In this document: positions 57,347 through 59,762 of the stretch, piece by piece
How the letters are laid out: every line of letters begins with the position of its first letter
Position numbering within the stretch: position 1 is the stretch's first letter
Source of the DNA: Bacteroidaceae bacterium
Lineage (GTDB): Bacteria; Bacteroidota; Bacteroidia; Bacteroidales; Bacteroidaceae
Assembly: GCA_024697285.1 (NCBI GenBank)
Contig: JAILFY010000225.1
Span: 1-59,762, forward strand
Direction of reading: 5' to 3'
Length of the DNA stretch: 59,762 nucleotides
Position numbers and translations under genes: made by a program
The notes under the pieces: model-generated
Database searches by the model: none
What the model saw: only the letters and a program-made list of their open reading frames with translations
What the model was told of the DNA's origin: nothing

Positions 57347-58123
57347 ATGAAACAGGCTATGCTACTCGCTGCCGGTCTTGGCACCCGACTGCGCCCATAC
57401 ACGGATTCCATGCCCAAGGCCCTGGTGCCCGTGGCCGGACGTCCGCTCCTCCACCACGTCATCGCCCGCCTCAAGAAGGCCGGCTTCCAACGCATCGTTG
57501 TCAACATCCATCATTTCGGACAGCAGATCATCGACGACCTCGCCGCCAACCACTATTTCGGACTCGATATCCGCATCAGCGACGAGCGCGACCTCCTGCT
57601 CGACACCGGTGGGGCGCTGAAGCATGCCGCCCCCCTCTTTGACCCCGAATATCCCGTGTTCATTCATAATGTAGATATCCTTTCGAACCTTGATATCTCC
57701 GCCTTCTGCGCCCGCTACCAGCAATCCCCCGACATTGCGGCCGCCCTCGTTGTCTCGCCCCGTCGGAGCAGTCGTCAACTGCTCTTCGACCCCACCACCC
57801 AGCACCTCATAGGCTGGCAAAACACCCAGTCGGGCGAGTTGCGCGGGCCCATAGCCCAGCGCGTGTCGCCGTCTGCCTCCCTGTCGGCGCAGCAGGCCAC
57901 GCCCCTTGCCTTCGCCGGTATCCACATGATCTCGCCGCAGCTCTTCCCCCTGATGCAGTCGTGGCCGGAGAAGTTCTCCATCATCACCTTCTACCTGGAC
58001 ATCTGCGCCAACCGCTCTCTCCTCGGTTTCGTCCCGCCCGCTTTCCGGCTGATGGATGCCGGCAAGGCAGAGACCCTGGCGGAAGCTGACGCCTTTGCAC
58101 AATCCCTCATGCAGGAAGCTTGA
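57347..58123 (+). CDS. Sugar-phosphate nucleotidyltransferase family protein
   Basis: N-terminal LLAAGLGTRLRPYTDSMPKALVPV signature. Confidence 0.78.
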   Translation: MKQAMLLAAGLGTRLRPYTDSMPKALVPVAGRPLLHHVIARLKKAGFQRIVVNIHHFGQQIIDDLAANHYFGLDIRISDERDLLLDTGGALKHAAPLFDPEYPVFIHNVDILSNLDISAFCARYQQSPDIAAALVVSPRRSSRQLLFDPTTQHLIGWQNTQSGELRGPIAQRVSPSASLSAQQATPLAFAGIHMISPQLFPLMQSWPEKFSIITFYLDICANRSLLGFVPPAFRLMDAGKAETLAEADAFAQSLMQEA

Positions 58124-58239
58124 GGCCAACTGTCTACAAGGGAATCTACGTACCCTCTCTCCCTATAATCATTCCAGACAAAGTCTCTTTATAATAATTG
58201 AAGTTTCGCGTATGCTAAATGCTTATATTATAGGAACGT

Positions 58240-58360
58240 TAACCCCTTAAACCGCGCCTTAGGCAGCCCCATAAACTGCGAGCTTGCTCGCACCTTAAAC
58301 CCCTTAAACCGCGCCTTGGTGCCCTTTAAACCGCAGCCAAAGGCTGCATCTTAAACGAAA
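58240..58360 (+). repeat. Repeated TTAAACC-plus-GC-mini-hairpin modules in the guaA upstream region
   Basis: ccccttaaaccgcgcctt occurs twice (about 58242 and 58299). Related modules are ataaactgcgagcttgctcgc and tttaaaccgcagccaaaggctgc. Confidence 0.8.
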
Positions 58361-58397
58361 GTTGAGAAAAAAGAACACATCACATAGTCACACATTT

Positions 58398-59762
58398 ATG
58401 CAGAAAATCATCATCCTTGATTTCGGTTCACAAACCACACAGCTCATCGGACGCCGCGTCCGCGAACTCGACACGTTTTGCGAAATCCTGCCCTACAACA
58501 AGTTCCCGCAAGACGACCCCGACGTCATCGGCGTCATTCTCTCCGGTTCCCCCTTCTCCGTCTATGACCCGGAAGCCTTCCAGATTGACCTCAGCACAAT
58601 CCGAGGTCGCTACCCCATACTGGGCATCTGCTACGGGGCCCAGTTCATGAGCCACACCCTTGGAGGTCGGGTGGAACCTGCCCCTTCGCGCGAGTACGGC
58701 CGTCAGCAACTCACCACGATAGATGTCACCAACCCCCTCTTCCGCGGCTTCGAGCTCGGCTCCCAAGTGTGGATGAGCCATGGCGACACCATCACTGCCC
58801 TGCCCACCGGTTTCCAAGTCATCGCCTCCACCGAAACCGTCTCCAACGCTGCCTACCAGTGCCAGGGCGAACCGCTGTGGGGCGTGCAGTTCCACCCCGA
58901 GGTCTTCCATTCCACCCAGGGCTCCCTGCTCCTGCGCAATTTCGTCGTGGATATCTGCGGCAGCCGTCAGGACTGGAGTGCTGCCAGCTTCGTGGAGACA
59001 ACGGTGGCACAGCTGCGCCAGCAGATAGGCGACGACCGCGTCATCCTCGGCCTCTCGGGAGGCGTGGATAGCAGCGTGGCCGCCGTGCTCCTCCATCGCG
59101 CCGTCGGCGACCGCCTCACATGTATCTTCGTGGACCACGGCATGTTGCGGAAAAACGAGTTCCGCGATGTCCTCCACGACTACGAGTGTCTGGGACTCAA
59201 CGTACGTGGCGTCGATGCCAGTGCCAAGTTCTTCGCAGACCTGGCAGGAGTGGCTGACCCCGAACAGAAACGTAAGATCATCGGACGGGACTTTGTGGAA
59301 GTCTTCAACGAGGAAGCACGTAAGGTGCAGGGAGCCAAGTGGCTGGCACAAGGAACCATCTATCCCGACCGTATCGAATCGCTGAACATCACCGGCAAGG
59401 TCATCAAGAGCCATCATAATGTGGGAGGACTCCCAAAGGAGATGAACCTGCAGCTCTGCGAACCCCTGAAATGGCTGTTCAAGGACGAAGTGCGGCGTGT
59501 GGGCCGGCAGCTCGGAATGCCCGAACACCTCATCACCCGTCACCCCTTCCCCGGTCCTGGGCTGGCTGTGAGAATCCTCGGCGACATCACCCCGGAGCGC
59601 GTGAGGATCCTGCAGGAAGCAGACGACATATATATCCGTGCACTTAGACAATATAAGGTGCGGCTGCGCGGCGACGAAGCCCGCCGGGTGCTGGCTGCCG
59701 GTGTTCCGGCGCAGATGACCGATGGCGAGATAGAAGTGTCGCTCTACGACCAAGTGTGGCAG
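58398..59762 (+). CDS. guaA: GMP synthase (glutamine-hydrolysing), 3' end cut by the window edge
   Basis: It is absent from the ORF track because no stop codon is reached. My translation from ATG 58398 is [36 protein letters not shown]...[10 protein letters not shown] (GATase Cys) and [15 protein letters not shown] (PP-loop, 59040 onward). The frame is open to 59762. Confidence 0.93.
   Translation, partial: MQKIIILDFGSQTTQLIGRRVRELDTFCEILPYNKFPQDDPDVIGVILSGSPFSVYDPEAFQIDLSTIRGRYPILGICYGAQFMSHTLGGRVEPAPSREYGRQQLTTIDVTNPLFRGFELGSQVWMSHGDTITALPTGFQVIASTETVSNAAYQCQGEPLWGVQFHPEVFHSTQGSLLLRNFVVDICGSRQDWSAASFVETTVAQLRQQIGDDRVILGLSGGVDSSVAAVLLHRAVGDRLTCIFVDHGMLRKNEFRDVLHDYECLGLNVRGVDASAKFFADLAGVADPEQKRKIIGRDFVEVFNEEARKVQGAKWLAQGTIYPDRIESLNITGKVIKSHHNVGGLPKEMNLQLCEPLKWLFKDEVRRVGRQLGMPEHLITRHPFPGPGLAVRILGDITPERVRILQEADDIYIRALRQYKVRLRGDEARRVLAAGVPAQMTDGEIEVSLYDQVWQ

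Noticed and set aside
56812-57642. Pro/Arg-rich alternative-frame ORFs: 56812..57642 +, 12262..12945 +, 25453..25863 - and 53745..54236 -.
   Set aside because: They are off-frame translations of GC-rich coding sequence with extreme Arg/Pro/His content, and they overlap genes that have clear motifs.
58428-59753. Long antisense ORFs lie opposite real genes. Examples are 58428..59753 -, 4228..5274 -, 13022..14083 -, 31294..32997 +, 40168..41466 +, 44287..46026 +, 55280..56389 -, 50706..51875 + and 2447..3298 -.
   Set aside because: Each lies fully inside a confidently identified gene on the other strand. Their composition is Gly/Val/Asp/His-rich shadow-frame sequence with no recognisable motifs. 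This is typical of GC-rich third-position bias.

Overview
This window looks like a chromosomal segment of a Bacteroidota genome, probably Prevotellaceae-like. The evidence is SusC/SusD pairs, lipoproteins with acidic residues after the lipobox Cys, and recurring TAnnTTTG -7 promoter boxes. About 41 genes are supported.

Gene content:
- Plus-strand housekeeping block, 1-17107: clpP (cut by the window edge), clpX, recQ, guaB, two parvulin PPIases, an OstA-like protein, mutL, trpS, kduI and a GH97 hydrolase.
- Minus-strand block, 18392-54866: a secreted Ser/Gly/Arg repeat protein; GNAT, GT2, a membrane protein and recR; udk, an MltF-like protein and a Dna2-like helicase; a tRNA-Ser / structured spacer / tRNA-Thr unit; a 17.9 kb seven-gene operon of three FAS1 lipoproteins and two SusC/SusD pairs; and a tightly coupled operon of nitroreductase, DUF2520-like protein, kdsC, maf, a small lipoprotein, an M64 peptidase, GH43 and an acyl-ACP thioesterase.
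- Plus strand again, from 55058: a Pif1-like helicase with an HRDC domain, a nucleotidyltransferase, and guaA. guaA runs off the window end and is missing from the supplied ORF track.

I saw no integrase, transposase, CRISPR array, toxin-antitoxin pair or recognisable defence gene.

The parts the gene list does not explain are:
1. The FAS1 / double SusCD operon, which has no enzyme and no sensor.
2. The 2.2 kb gene-free region upstream of it. It holds a triple 22-bp-phased palindromic site array, a GC-rich palindromic element family and an 80-bp x4 tandem array.
3. A related 111-bp x4 tandem array about 20 kb away.
4. Two 22-bp-period arrays with an alternating purine-pyrimidine core, at 17.5 kb and 28.0 kb, in opposite orientation.
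5. A purine-rich 70-nt x4 repeat in the apparent 3' UTR of the Ser/Gly/Arg repeat protein gene.
6. A roughly 100-nt structured RNA candidate packed exactly between the two tRNAs.

All family calls come from motif recognition by eye. No searches were run.
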